DNA from: Octopus vulgaris | Lineage: Eukaryota | NCBI GenBank assembly: GCA_951406725.2 | Contig: OX597825.1 | Span: forward strand, 72,726,001-72,790,000 | Length of the DNA stretch: 64,000 nt | Reading direction: 5' to 3' | Shown here: positions 1 through 13,740 of the stretch, piece after piece | Numbering within the stretch: position 1 is the stretch's first letter | How the letters are laid out: each line of letters starts with the position of its first letter | The notes under the pieces: model-generated | What the model saw: the letters and a program-made list of their open reading frames with translations, nothing else | What the model was told of the DNA's origin: nothing | Database searches by the model: none | Translations under genes and position numbers: made by a program

Positions 1-177
1 TGGGGGTGGGAAATAGTCGATTACATCGACCCCAGTATTTCACTGGTACTTAATTTATCGATCCGAAAAGGACAAAAAGGCAAAGTCGACCTCAGTGGAA
101 TTTGAACTCAGAACGTAACAGCAGACCAAAAGTCCTCTAAGTATTTCGATTGTCGTGCGAACAATCTACCTTGATGG

Positions 178-216
<39 letters not shown>

Positions 217-268
217 GGAGGAGGAGGAGGAGGAGGAGGGGAGAAATAATAATAGTAATAATAATAAT

Positions 269-299
<31 letters not shown>

Positions 300-322
300 A
301 TAATAATAATAATAATAATAAT

Positions 323-366
<44 letters not shown>

Positions 367-1264
367 ACGTCAGTCAGTCCCGCTGACCCAAACAAACCCT
401 AATCCATCCCATAAACATAATTATGGGGTTATTTAAGATTAATTCTACTGGTCCAAGAAAAATTGAGAATTTTTCAAAATTTCAATTACACAAACCCCAG
501 CTGCATTAATTATGTTAGATTAATTAGTTATAAATTAGTTAGCTGCTGCTTAATTATTACTGTATTTCGTTTTTTGGGGTTTGTTTCGTATTTTTGTTAT
601 TTGCATTTATTAAATACTTTTATATTTATATTTTATTTATTTATTGCTAAATTTTCATAACCATTCTTGATTAATTAACAGAAAAAAAAAATTAATTAAT
701 TAGGGAAGGTCAGGAAGTTTATTTATAGGGTTTACTGGTTTACTTGGGAATATATTTGAGAGATAGACATGAGAAAGTGTTAAAGAAAGAATGCTAAAGA
801 AGGAATGAAAAAAGGGACGGGGGAAGAAAGTGAGAATGAAATGAAAGAAATATAGAAGGAAAGAAAGTGAAGGAAGGAAGAAGGAAAGAAAGATGGAATA
901 AGAAAAGAGTAAGAGAGAGGAAAGGAGGAATGAAAAGAATGAAAGAAGGAAAAAGCTGGATGGAATGAAAGAAAGAAAAGAAAAGAAAAACAAAGGAAAT
1001 AAAAAAGACAACCAAAGAAATGATAAAAAAAATTACACAACCTACACTATTACCATTCCCTCTCCCTTTTTCTCTCTCTCTCTCTCTCCATCAGTCAATC
1101 CTTTTTCTGTCCCTATCTATCCTTTCTTCCCTCTCTCATTCTGCCCCTCTCTATAGCTCTCTATAGCTCTATAGCTCTCTATCCTTGTCTTTGTCTTTTT
1201 TCTGTTTCTATATATATATCTCTCTCTCTGTGCCCCTTCCTTTCTCTTTCCTTCTCCCCTGCTG

Positions 1265-1341
<77 letters not shown>

Positions 1342-1502
1342 TCCTATCTCTCCATCTGTCTTTCTACTGTCTCTATCTATCCCTCCTTCTTTCACTCTCT
1401 CTCTGTCCCTCTTGTGTCTATCCTTGTCTTTGTCTCCTTTTCTTGTTTCTATCTACCTCTCCCCCTTCTTTCTCTCTCTCCATCTCTATCTCACACTCCC
1501 AT

Positions 1503-1602
<100 letters not shown>

Positions 1603-2519
1603 ATCTTCCTATCTGTCTGTGTCTATCTATCTCTTTCTCTGTTTATCTCTATCCACCTCTCAATCTGTCTCTCTCTTTCCTTCTATCTCTCTTTCTACCC
1701 AGTCTTCTCTGTCTCTCTATATCTCTATCTTTATCATTATCTCTCTCTCACTCTCTCTCTCTCTCTATCTATCTATCTCCTGTGTGTCAATCCTTCTCTC
1801 TCTCTCCTCTTTCTATCCCTTTCTGTCCCTCCTTCCCTCTCTCCCTCTGTGGTAATTAAATCCCCTTTGTAGACATAATGATGACCACAATGATGTCGTT
1901 AATGTTGTAAGCTCAGCAGCTGATTAAACACGATCTAACAGATTTGTGTCCAAAGAGTTGTTCCAGTCATGACCACCACCTCTTTTTTTTTTACAGACAT
2001 AGAGTCTAAAGGACTTTCTACAAACACCACCACCATCATCACTATCATCGTTATCACCAGTAATACTACCACCAACACCACCACCATTACCATTGCCACA
2101 ATACTATCACAAATACTACCACCGCCGGCACTACCACCACCATTACTGCCATCAAAACCACTGCCACCACCACCACTTCCACAGCCACCCCATCACTGCT
2201 ACCACCACCACCACCACAACTTCCACAGCCACCCCAACACTGTCACCACCACCACTGTCACCACCACCACTGCCACAACCACCACAGCCACTCCACCAAC
2301 ACCACCACACCAATACCACCACCACTACCACTACCACAAATACTACCACCACCACCATCCCATTAACCTCACCACCACAAACTCTACTTTCACAATACAA
2401 CCATCACTTCTCTGGTTGCTTGATCTGCTAGAAATAGCACTAAAAGCACCATATCCTGTTCAAACAATGAGACTAAGAAAGAAAGAAAAAGCAAAAGATG
2501 AAGTAGTCAGATGTGAATC

Positions 2520-2940
2520 TTATTTCTTTATTGCCCACAAGGGACTAAACAAAGAGGGGACAAACAAGGACAGACAAAGGGATTAAAGTCAATTACATCG
2601 ATCCCCAGTGCATAACTGGTACTTATTTAATCGACCCCGAAAGGATGAAAGGCAAAGTCGACCTCGGTGGAATTTGAACTCAGAACATAACAGCAGACGA
2701 AATACCTATTTTTTTATTACCCACAGGGGGCTAAACATAGAGGGGACAAACAAGGACAGACATAGGTATTAAGTCGATTATATCGACCCCAGAGCGTAAC
2801 TGGTACTTAATTTATCGACCCCGAAAGGATGAAAGGCAAAGTTGACCTCGGCGGAATTTGAACTCACAACGTAACGACAGACGAAATACCGCTAAGCATT
2901 TCGCCCGGCGTGCTAACGTTTCTGCCAGATCGCCGCCTTA
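2520..2940 (-). mobile_element. Meta-domain-like SINE with duplicated body
   Basis: ggcggcgatctggcagaaacgttagc head, with the gcctttcatcctttcggggtcgataaattaagtaccag central domain present twice. Confidence 0.7.
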
Positions 2941-3379
2941 AAAGATGTGAATCTTAATAGTAGGTCTTGTCTCGTCAGAAACAACAACAGCAACAATAAC
3001 AAGAGCAACGAAAGAAGTAACAGTAACAACAGCAACAAAAGCAACAGCAACAACAGCAGTGGCAACAACAGCAATATCAGCAACAACAATAACAAGAGCA
3101 AGAAAAGGCAGCAGCAACAACAACAATAACAAGAGCAACAAAAGTTACATCAACAACAGGAGCAGCAACAACAACAACAACAACAGCAGCAGCAGCAGCA
3201 ACAACAACAACAGCAACAGCAGCAACAACAACAACAACAACAACAACAAAAGCAACAATAGCAGCAGCAGCAGCAATAACAGCAACAGCAATATCAAAAG
3301 CAACAAAAACAGCAGCGACCAGTGGCAGCAGAAGCAACAGCAGCAATAAGAAGAAGAACAACAGCAGCAACAACAACAA

Positions 3380-3414
<35 letters not shown>

Positions 3415-3661
3415 TCAACAACAGCAGCAATAATTCCTGTTATTGTTATCTCATTCCATTCCTCTTCCCCTCCACCCTCATTCCCTCTCTACCTCCTCCT
3501 CCTCTTCCTACTCTCCCGTCTCTATTCCACCACAACCTCTCCCATCATCTCCGCTGACCTCACCTGATGTGACCTTTAACCTTTAAACACTACATCTTTC
3601 CAAACATGATCATCCAGCTGGTTCCTCTTATTTCAAGAGACAATCTTTTTACACAAGAACG

Positions 3662-3673
3662 GATGACGATGAC

Positions 3674-3735
<62 letters not shown>

Positions 3736-3831
3736 CGATGATGATGATGATGATGATGATGATGACGACGACGACGACGACGATGACGATGATGATGACA
3801 ATGATGATGATGATGATGATGATGCTGCTTC

Positions 3832-3906
<75 letters not shown>

Positions 3907-3908
3907 CA

Positions 3909-3948
<40 letters not shown>

Positions 3949-3968
3949 CGATGATGATGAAGATGATA
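3662..3968. repeat. (GAT)n trinucleotide array
   Basis: Direct inspection. Confidence 0.95.
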
Positions 3969-4284
3969 TCATTTCATTTCCCTGGATTTTAATTGGATTC
4001 AGATTATTAAAAAACACTGGTTAGTTCTTTAAGAAATACTTTAATTAGATCATTATTAGTAAATTAGATACAGCCAACATCACCACCACAGATATCTGTG
4101 AACCTCTGTGTGTGTGTGTGTGTGTGTGTTTGGGTGAATGTATATGAGATATATGTGTATGCATACATATACACATATATATAAACACACACACACACAC
4201 ACATACATATAGGCATATACATTGTGCATATGCATACACATATCTTCTACATGCTCTCTTACTTTTCTGTCTCTTTTTTTTATA

Positions 4285-4884
<600 letters not shown>

Positions 4885-4989
4885 TACATAATAGCTGATT
4901 AGTTGATTTCTCCAATCATGCTTTGCATCGTATAGAGAAACTAAAAGAGAGATGAAGAGAGATTCAAGACAAGAAGTACAACAAGAGAT

Positions 4990-5164
4990 GCAGGAGCGGC
5001 TGTGTGGTAAGTAGCTTGCTTACCAACCATATGGTTCCAGGGTTCAATCCCACTGCATGACACCTTGGGCAAGTGTCTTCTACTATAGCCTCGGGCTGAC
5101 CAAAGCCTTGTGAGTGGATTTGGTAGACAGAAACTGAAAGAAGCCCAGCGTATATATATATATG

Positions 5165-5221
<57 letters not shown>

Positions 5222-5435
5222 ATTTGTGTCTAACCCCCCCCCCCAACATCACTTGAAAACCGATGCTGGTGTGTTTACATCCCCGTAACTTAGCGGTTCT
5301 GCACAAGAGACCGATAGAACAAGTACTAGGCTTACAAAGAATAAGTCCTGCAGTTAATTTGCTCGACTGAAGGCAGTGCTCCAACATGGCTGCAGTCACA
5401 TGACTAAAACAAGTGAAAGAATAAAAGAGAAAGAA
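4990..5435 (+). mobile_element. tRNA-derived CORE-like SINE (most abundant family)
   Basis: ggctgtgtggtaagtagc...ggttcaatccc head, caccttgggcaagtg core, internal (TG)n and an (aaagag)n tail. At least 14 copies occur in the window. Confidence 0.75.
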
Positions 5436-5754
5436 TACTAGGCAAGGTGACAGGCAATGAGTAAAAGAGTGGTTGGCATTAGGAATGGCATCCAGCTGTA
5501 GAAACCATGCCTGATCAGATTGAAACCTGGTGCAGCTCCCCAGCTTACCAGTTTTCAGTCAAACCATCCAACTCATGCCAACATGGAAAACAGACACTAA
5601 ATCATGATGATGATGATGATGGCACACAGTATTCAGTTATGAGCAATTAATAGTTTCATACATTGGAGATGTATTCTGGGCAAGTTTTAATAAAATGCCT
5701 TATGTCTCCAAGCAATCTTCAGGCTCTAGACTACATCTTCCATGCATCAAACTA

Positions 5755-6681
5755 TTAAACCTTTCGATACCAACCAGCTGAAACCATCTCTGGCTCTGTA
5801 GTACAAATATCTTGTTTTCTTAAGTTTTGAATGAAAATCTTCCACCAAACCTTAGTCACAATTTATGTTCCTTACACTAGCTTAATGATAACCGAGTTAT
5901 TTTACTAAATTCTTTGTTATATTTAAAGTAATTGAAAGAAACACAGAGCATCTCAAAATAAATACAGTAACAAAAGGGTTAAATTATTAACTCTTTCGAT
6001 ACCAAACCAGCTGAAACTGCCTCTGGTCCTGTAGTACAAATGTCTTGTTTTCATAAGTTTTGAATTAAAATCTTCCACCAAACCTTAGTCAAAATTTATG
6101 TTCCTAACACTAGCTTAATGATAACCAAGTTATTTTACTAAATTCTTTGCTATATCTAAAGTAATTGAAAGAAACACAGAGCTTCTCAAAATAAATACAG
6201 TAACAAAAGGGTTAAATTATTAACTCTTTCGATACCAAACCAGCTGAAACTGCCTTTGGTCCTGTAGTACAAATGTCTTGTTTTCATAAGTTTTGAATTA
6301 AAATCTTCCACCAAACCTTAGTCAAAATTTATGTTCCTAACACTAGCTTAATGATAACCAAGTTATTTTACTAAATTCTTTGCTATATCTAAAGTAATTG
6401 AAAGAAACACAGAGCTTCTCAAAATAAATACAGTAACAAAAGGGTTAAATTATTAACTCTTTCGATACCAAACCAGCTGAAACTGCCTTTGGTCCTGTAG
6501 TACAAATGTCTTGTTTTCATAAGTTTTGAATTAAAATCTTCCACCAAACCTTAGTCAAAATTTATGTTCCTAACACTAGCTTAATGATAACCAAGTTATT
6601 TTACTAAATTCTTTGCTATATCTAAAGTAATTGAAAGAAACACAGAGCAACCCAAAATAAATACGGTAATGAAAGGGTTAA
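5755..6681. repeat. Tandem array of four 233-bp piggyBac-type MITE units
   Basis: Units start at 5755, 5987, 6220 and 6453. Each is bounded by TTAA-(c/a)(c/t)cttt...aaaggg-TTAA. A solo copy lies at ~53524-53752. Confidence 0.85.
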
Positions 6682-7704
6682 ATAGCTTATAATAGTATAC
6701 TGTTTATATTAAATAATATCTATCTCTCATTGGATGGAGTACTTTTTTTTGTTGATCTTACCTTAACAGAAAAATAAACTACACACACACACACACACAA
6801 ATACACACATATGGTTGTGTGCATGAGAATCTCCATCATACAAGTCACATCCCTTCTTTCCAATCTTCCATGAAAAAAAAGTCCGGCTGTGAAGAAATAT
6901 TATCTTGCATGGAAACAGATGATTGTTGTGTGCAACAAGAGCATCTGAACATACAGATTCTGCTTCAACTAAAATTCCATCTTCAAGTAAATTCCAACTA
7001 ATTCCATTTAATTCCAACTAAGAACCATTCAAGTGTCAAACTGTGAACACTAAACCATGATGATTATACATATATATATGCACATACATGCATACATACA
7101 TACATACATACATACATACATACATACATAGAAACAAACATACACATACATGCATACACACACACATATATATATATACAAACATAGATAGACAGATATA
7201 AATATAAATATATATTTGTACACCTATGTACATACATACATACACACACACATGCATACATACATAGAAACAAACATACACATATATGCATATAGACATA
7301 CTCACACACATATATATATATACAAACACAGATAGACAGACAGATATACATATATATATATTTATACACCTATGTACATACATACATACACACACACATA
7401 TACACATACACTCACATTCGTACATACACACACACATACGCACACATACATACAGTCAGTCATTCATTCATACATACAAACATACATACATACATACATA
7501 CACACATACATACACATGCATACATACATACACACACACACACCACACACACATACACATACATACATGTCAAAAAAGATGGAAATATGATCCAACTGTG
7601 TTAACCTTTTGTTCAAATTGTCATTAATTTAATGAACAGATTCTGTGAAAGCATTCTCAATTTGTTCAATTGCATATTTGAATATACACCATCATCACCA
7701 CCAC

Positions 7705-7751
<47 letters not shown>

Positions 7752-8155
7752 ACATCCATTTTCAATCCTGGCATGGGCTAGACGCATATATACATTCACA
7801 CACAAACAGGTATATATGATACCTAACAGACATCATATCACACGTAAACAGGTTTTCAATTATGTAATTATACAAACTGCAATAATTTAAGAAACAGTAT
7901 ATTACTACAAAAAAAATAAAAAGAAAAGAATTAGATTTGATTCCTACCCTATAAATGGTGAAAGAAGCCAAGAACCTGTAATGTCTCAGACAAAGGAAGG
8001 AAATTCAATATGACAGTGACAACCAGCAGAGGCAATAAAGTGACAAAGAAAACATATTTTACACAACTGGAGGGCTCACGTCAGCAGCTGCCTATCGAAT
8101 ATCAATGTAGTTTTCACACTTTGAAACACACCTCCTTCTCTCTCTATTATCTCTT

Positions 8156-8187
<32 letters not shown>

Positions 8188-8385
8188 GAGTGTGTGTGTA
8201 CATGTATATATATATATTATAATATTAGAATTAGAATTGTCACTAAATGTGACTAGCATGTCAGGAAACACCTACACTGCTAGAAATAAGAGCTAAACTG
8301 CTCTAATGCTGTATTTAATGCACATGAATACAAACATAAACACTAAAAGGGACCATAATTGTCTGAAAAATGCTGATCGAGAATT

Positions 8386-8434
8386 CTTAATAGTGACGTC
8401 AGTTTCAGCAATTTCCACTGCCTCATCGGTTAAG
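8386..8434 (-). ncRNA. Type-I hammerhead ribozyme motif (CCGAUGA variant)
   Basis: Minus strand reads CUUAA CCGAUGA GGCAGU ggaa AUUGCU GAA ACUGACGUCACU A UUAAG. Stem I is CUUAA/UUAAG, stem II is 6 bp, and stem III is near-palindromic with one mismatch. Confidence 0.65.
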
Positions 8435-8956
8435 CCTGCTCAATTGTTCAGCTTTTTTCACACCTGCTTTGCTGTTAGTATTTATGTAAATATATATACA
8501 TAAAGATGTATATATGTATGGATGTATATATATATATAGAGAGAGAGAGAATTCTCAAAAAAAAAAACAAAAGACAAAGACAGGTGGTGTAGACAAAAAA
8601 CAGATGTATTAGTATAATGCTCAAGAAGTGAAAAAGTGTTTAACATTTCGAGCCTACGCTCTTCCACAGAAAGGAACACAGAAAGAAACAAGAAGGGAAA
8701 ATAAAGAATGTGTAGTGGCTAGCGATCTATCATGTGTATATATATGTGTGTGTGTATATATGTATATATGATAAGGAAAGAAAAAATAGAAATGTAGATG
8801 TTACTTTATTCCAAGTTGGTACATATATCCACTATTCCTTATTATATTTTATTTATTGTACCAATATTGAATATTTAGATTTATATATATATTCTTTGCT
8901 TTGGATTGAACTGGTGAACTGGTGAACTTGGATGTTTAACATTTATCTCTTACTTT

Positions 8957-9010
<54 letters not shown>

Positions 9011-9604
9011 CAACACACATACATATATACAAACAGATGGGTTATAATGCTAGTAATACAAATGTGGGTATCACGTTTATGTGTATGTGTATCATTTGTT
9101 AAACACAAGACTTAAATGTGAGCTGCTATAAGTTTCACGTTCAGGAAGTACAATAATTGGACGTGCTTATATAGTGTGCCATGTACTATTCTGTGATCAT
9201 TCATCTCATCTGATTACTGTATTATCCAACCATGAAACTTACAGTAGTTCACTTATAAGTCCTATGTTTATTAAATGACACTTATTTCTCACTGGATGGA
9301 GTAATTTTCTTATTGATCCCACCAACAACAAAACAGTACATTATATATATATGTATAGCTAATGTTTATTTTTTGTCCTTTATACATTTTATATTTTTTA
9401 TCCTTTATAAATTTCTTATATTTATACCGTTACATTTTACTCTCCTTACACAATTTACATTTAATTTTGTACATTAATCTACATATTTACATCAGGTCTC
9501 CTGGTTTCATTTTTTGGTTAGAAGTGAATATTTTCTATATGCTATGGTTTTTTTCAAGCTTTTTCACATATTCCTATGTCCCCCTCCATATTTAAAGTCC
9601 TTAG

Positions 9605-9748
9605 TTCAGTACGAAGAGTGGACTGCACCTGAAAACCGTGTTTGTATTTCCAGACACGTGAAACTGCTAGTAGAGCCCAAAGTTATGTATTGTAGTCCTT
9701 AAGCAGAAATGTTTGACTCTCACCAGATGGAGTGCACTCTCCGTTGAA
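9605..9748 (+). mobile_element. Small element with ~25-bp imperfect terminal inverted repeats enclosing a degenerate hammerhead
   Basis: ttcagtacgaagagtggactgcacctg pairs with cagatggagtgcactctccgttgaa. Internally it reads GCAC CTGAAAA c CGTGTTTG tatttc CAGACACG t GAA ACTGCTAGT A GAGC. Confidence 0.5.
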
Positions 9749-9789
9749 TAATACCATGAACCAATATATATATATATATAAATATATAA

Positions 9790-9828
<39 letters not shown>

Positions 9829-10161
9829 GCTGTTGTTACTATTATTGTGAAGGAGTGAGGTGTAGGAGGAGGTTGGGGAAGAGGGGAAGAGGGGAGAAGG
9901 AGGAGGATGGGTGAGGAGAATGAGGTGGAGGAGGGTGAGATGGAGGAGGGTGGGTGGCGGAGGGGTGAGGTGGAGGAAGGGTGAGGCGAAGGAGGGGTGA
10001 GGAGGGAAGGGAGCAAGCAGGAGCGGGATGTGGGAGGGGGATAGGTGAGGGCAGAGGGGTGAGGGAAGAAGAGGGTCAAGAGAGGAGAAAGAATGAAAGA
10101 AAGAAAGAAAGAAAAAGAGAGAGAGAAGAGACAGCAGCAATGTGTAATGAAATGTGTTCAC

Positions 10162-10330
10162 CTTTTCAAATACTTGCTGTAATCAGTATTGAGTAACTTC
10201 CTGATTTCAATCTGCTCGTTAGTAGGAGGAAGTTGACAATTAGTTCGACTAGACACAAAGTTGGGTTTGGTTATGTAATTCAGAGATTCTGGAATGTAAT
10301 TAGAAGAAGCAACAACATGGCAGTTGACAC
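10162..10330 (-). CDS. CASZ1: Castor/CASZ1-like downstream coding exon ([10 protein letters not shown]...[10 protein letters not shown]), 169 nt
   Basis: Strong acceptor tctttctctgccttgtcttttcacAG at 10331 and donor AAAAG|GTGAAC at 10161. It starts in phase 1, matching the upstream exon, and is open throughout. The end DYSKYLKR resembles CASZ1 IYQKYIAR, which precedes the first castor zinc finger. It is a unique-sequence island between microsatellites. Confidence 0.75.
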
Positions 10331-10366
10331 CTGTGAAAAGACAAGGCAGAGAAAGATATATATATA

Positions 10367-10452
<86 letters not shown>

Positions 10453-10476
10453 ACATGAATGTGCGTGTATGTATGT

Positions 10477-10518
<42 letters not shown>

Positions 10519-11088
10519 GCACACACACACATATGTATATATATATGCATGTGTATACATATATATATACATATATATACATATACATATATAAGGTAAG
10601 TAGAGTTAGTGGTTCGAATAACCATCTAAGGGATAAGAATATTCATTATTACTACCGGTATAAATTACCTATGTTAACCCTAGGCATGGATATGCAAGCA
10701 TACTATGCTCATAGGATACAGGCAATAACAAAATAAACAAGAGTTTATCAGGAATCAAATTTAAAATAAGCAGAAAATGGAAAAACATTTGATCAACAAA
10801 TTGACTACCATTAGGTATTATTATTATCTTTTTTTAATATAAAACTTTAACGTTGCTTACCAATGTCAGTCAGTGCCACGAAAGGAAATTATGAGAATAG
10901 TATTTATCTTTTATAGCACATCCAATCTGGTACATAGAGCTTCATCAGAGTAAATACAAATGCATAAAATAGAGGAAGAGAAGAGGGAAGGGGAAAGAAC
11001 AGGGGTTCGAGATGAGGAAATAAGGCACAACAAACTAGAATCATACCATTTTGCAGTGTAAAGCTTGAAGTCGATGACCAAATGAATA

Positions 11089-11152
<64 letters not shown>

Positions 11153-11161
11153 GTATATGTG

Positions 11162-11214
<53 letters not shown>

Positions 11215-11569
11215 AAATATCTATGTATATATATTCTTTTCTTTAACCCTTTTCAAGCCTAGCCAGGCTCATGGGCCTAGTTTCCCGGTTTCTGTGGCAT
11301 ATGTGTTCCCCCCAGCTGGACGGGATGTCAGTCCATTGCAGCGTTACTCAAGAAACAGGAAGAGAGGGTGAGAGAAAGTTGGGATGAAAGAGTACAACAG
11401 GGGTCGCCACCACCCCACTGCCGGAGACTCGAGGAGCTTTTAGGTGCTTTTGCTCAATAAACACACACAATGCCCGGTCTGGAAATCAAAACCATGATCC
11501 TCTGGCCTTGAGATCGCTGCCCTAATCACTGGGCCATTGTGCCTCCACATGTATATATATATGTATATA

Positions 11570-11684
<115 letters not shown>

Positions 11685-12771
11685 CAACTTTAGCTTGGAA
11701 ACATATGTAGTTTCGATTCACCTTTGCTGTTCCTTGCATGCTTTGATTTATATTTGTATAATCAGCAATTCTGTTGCTATAGTACGAGTTGCATCATGGC
11801 AGTCATCTTATTGAAATTTCCATCTGTTTCAATAGTGTATATAAAATACACCAGTTACTATACTCCGTTGTATAATCTGCTTTTGGTCATCTGTACAAAC
11901 AGTGAACAGGCTTGATGCTCACTACCAAGATCTTTTTGCACTGCACAAAGTTATCACTCTATGTGTGCATTAGTGTGTGTAGGGGTTAGCGTGTGTGTGT
12001 GTGTACTTTTCCGGATATCACATGGTTGTTATAAACAAGCATGACCATCATACAGGCTGTTTTCTTTGTTTGTTGTCTTACATGGAAAACCTGTCTGGCG
12101 ATGGGCAAATATTACCTTGCTTGGATACAGGTGAGTGTTGGTGACAGGAAGGGCATTTGACCATAGAAAAATCTGCTTTGCCTAATTCTATTCAACCCTT
12201 GCAAACATAGAAAAGTGGATGTGGACATGATGAAAATGATGATGGTGGTGGTGGTAGTTGTTTGTTCCTTCTCGAGCCATGCCTGGCTCATGAGGGCCGG
12301 TTTCCTTGGTGTATAGGTTCCCCACCTGGACAGGACGCCGGTCCGTCGCAGGTGAGCTGCAAGATGCAGGAGGAAAGAGTGAGAGAAAGTTGTGGCGAAA
12401 GAGTCAGCAGAAGTTTGCCATTACCTTCTGACGGAGCTGCGTGGAGCTCAGGTGTTTCACTCATAAACACACACATCACCTGGTCTGAGATTCGAACCAG
12501 CGATCCCTTGACCGCGAGTCCGCTGCTCTAACTACTAGGCCACGTGCCTCCACTGGTGGTAGTGGTGGTAGTGGTGGTGTTTTTCACCATCATGATGAAA
12601 AACAAGAACAAACTAAATAAAGAATTATAGGGTTAAAAAAAAACAACAAAAAAAAACAAAAAAATAAAGTAAAAAGGAAAGAAAAAAAACATGAAGGAAA
12701 CGGCAATAAAAAGGAAAAAGATAACAGGAAGAGAATGAGAGAAAGAAAAAGAAAAAGCAGAGAAGAAAAAA

Positions 12772-12810
<39 letters not shown>

Positions 12811-13249
12811 TTACTGTAATTAATAATTGAAGTCAATAAATAACTTTATTTTTCCCCAATAATTTACAAACAGGTCATTTTAATATATTTCTTATTGGAG
12901 ATTATTTTTATATATGACGGTTTTTATTGCCTGATTTTATTAGCTTTTTTACGTGGGCTGTTGATGTTGGGTTTTTTGTTTTATTGCAGTTTTTATAAAA
13001 GTTTTTTGTGTTGATATTTATTAAAGGTATTTTTGAAATTTTTTTTACAATATTTGTAATGAAAATGGTTTCGTTTTATTGTTAATTCTTAATATTGTAC
13101 TGGATTTTATTACACTTTTTTAAGTGTATTAACCTATTTATTTTGTTTATTTTTATTGTTATCTTCTCTTTTACTTTATTAATATCTTCTCTTTACTTGT
13201 TTCAGCTTTTCGACTGTGGCCATGCTGGAGCACTACATTGAAGAGTAGG

Positions 13250-13740
13250 CAATTTCTGCTACGTAGGGGACTAAATTAGTAGTGGGAGCGGATTCACAGA
13301 GATTGTGATGCCTAGAATAGGAATCATCATCATCATCGTTTAACGTCCCTTTTCCATGCTAGCATGGGTTGGACGGTTCGACTGGGGTCTGGGAAGCCAG
13401 GAGGCTGCACCAGGCTCCAGTCTGATCTGGCAGTGTTTCTACAGCTGGATGCCCTTCCTAATGCCAACCACTCCATGAGTGTAGTGGATGCTTTTTACGT
13501 GCCAGGCGAGGCTGGCAATGGCCACGATCGGTTGGTGCTTTTTACATGCCAGAATAAGAATAGGATAGAGGAAATTCAGAGACCTGTTACCTCTGTTGAC
13601 CACGAAAGGTCTCTCTCTCCAAGTGAGAAGATTGTATGATGCATGTATACAGACAGCAATTCTATATGGTAGTGGGATGTGGGCCCTGAATGCAAAGGAC
13701 ATGTGAAATTTAGAAAATAATTAAGCTAGTATACATGCTT
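13250..13740 (+). mobile_element. RTE LINE fragment interrupted by a SINE-like insert (13322-13550)
   Basis: FCYVGD*ISSGSG...RIG, then KFRDLLPLLTTKGLSLQVRRLYDACIQTAILYGSGMWAL. The sequence agaatagga is repeated on either side of the insert. Confidence 0.65.

Noticed and set aside
5755-6681. Regular repeats resembling a CRISPR array
   Set aside because: Whole 233-bp units repeat with no unique spacers, and the context is eukaryotic.
10845-10952. CTGATGA-AGCTC motif on the minus strand
   Set aside because: No convincing GAAA or stem II partner, so it is too degraded to call a hammerhead.
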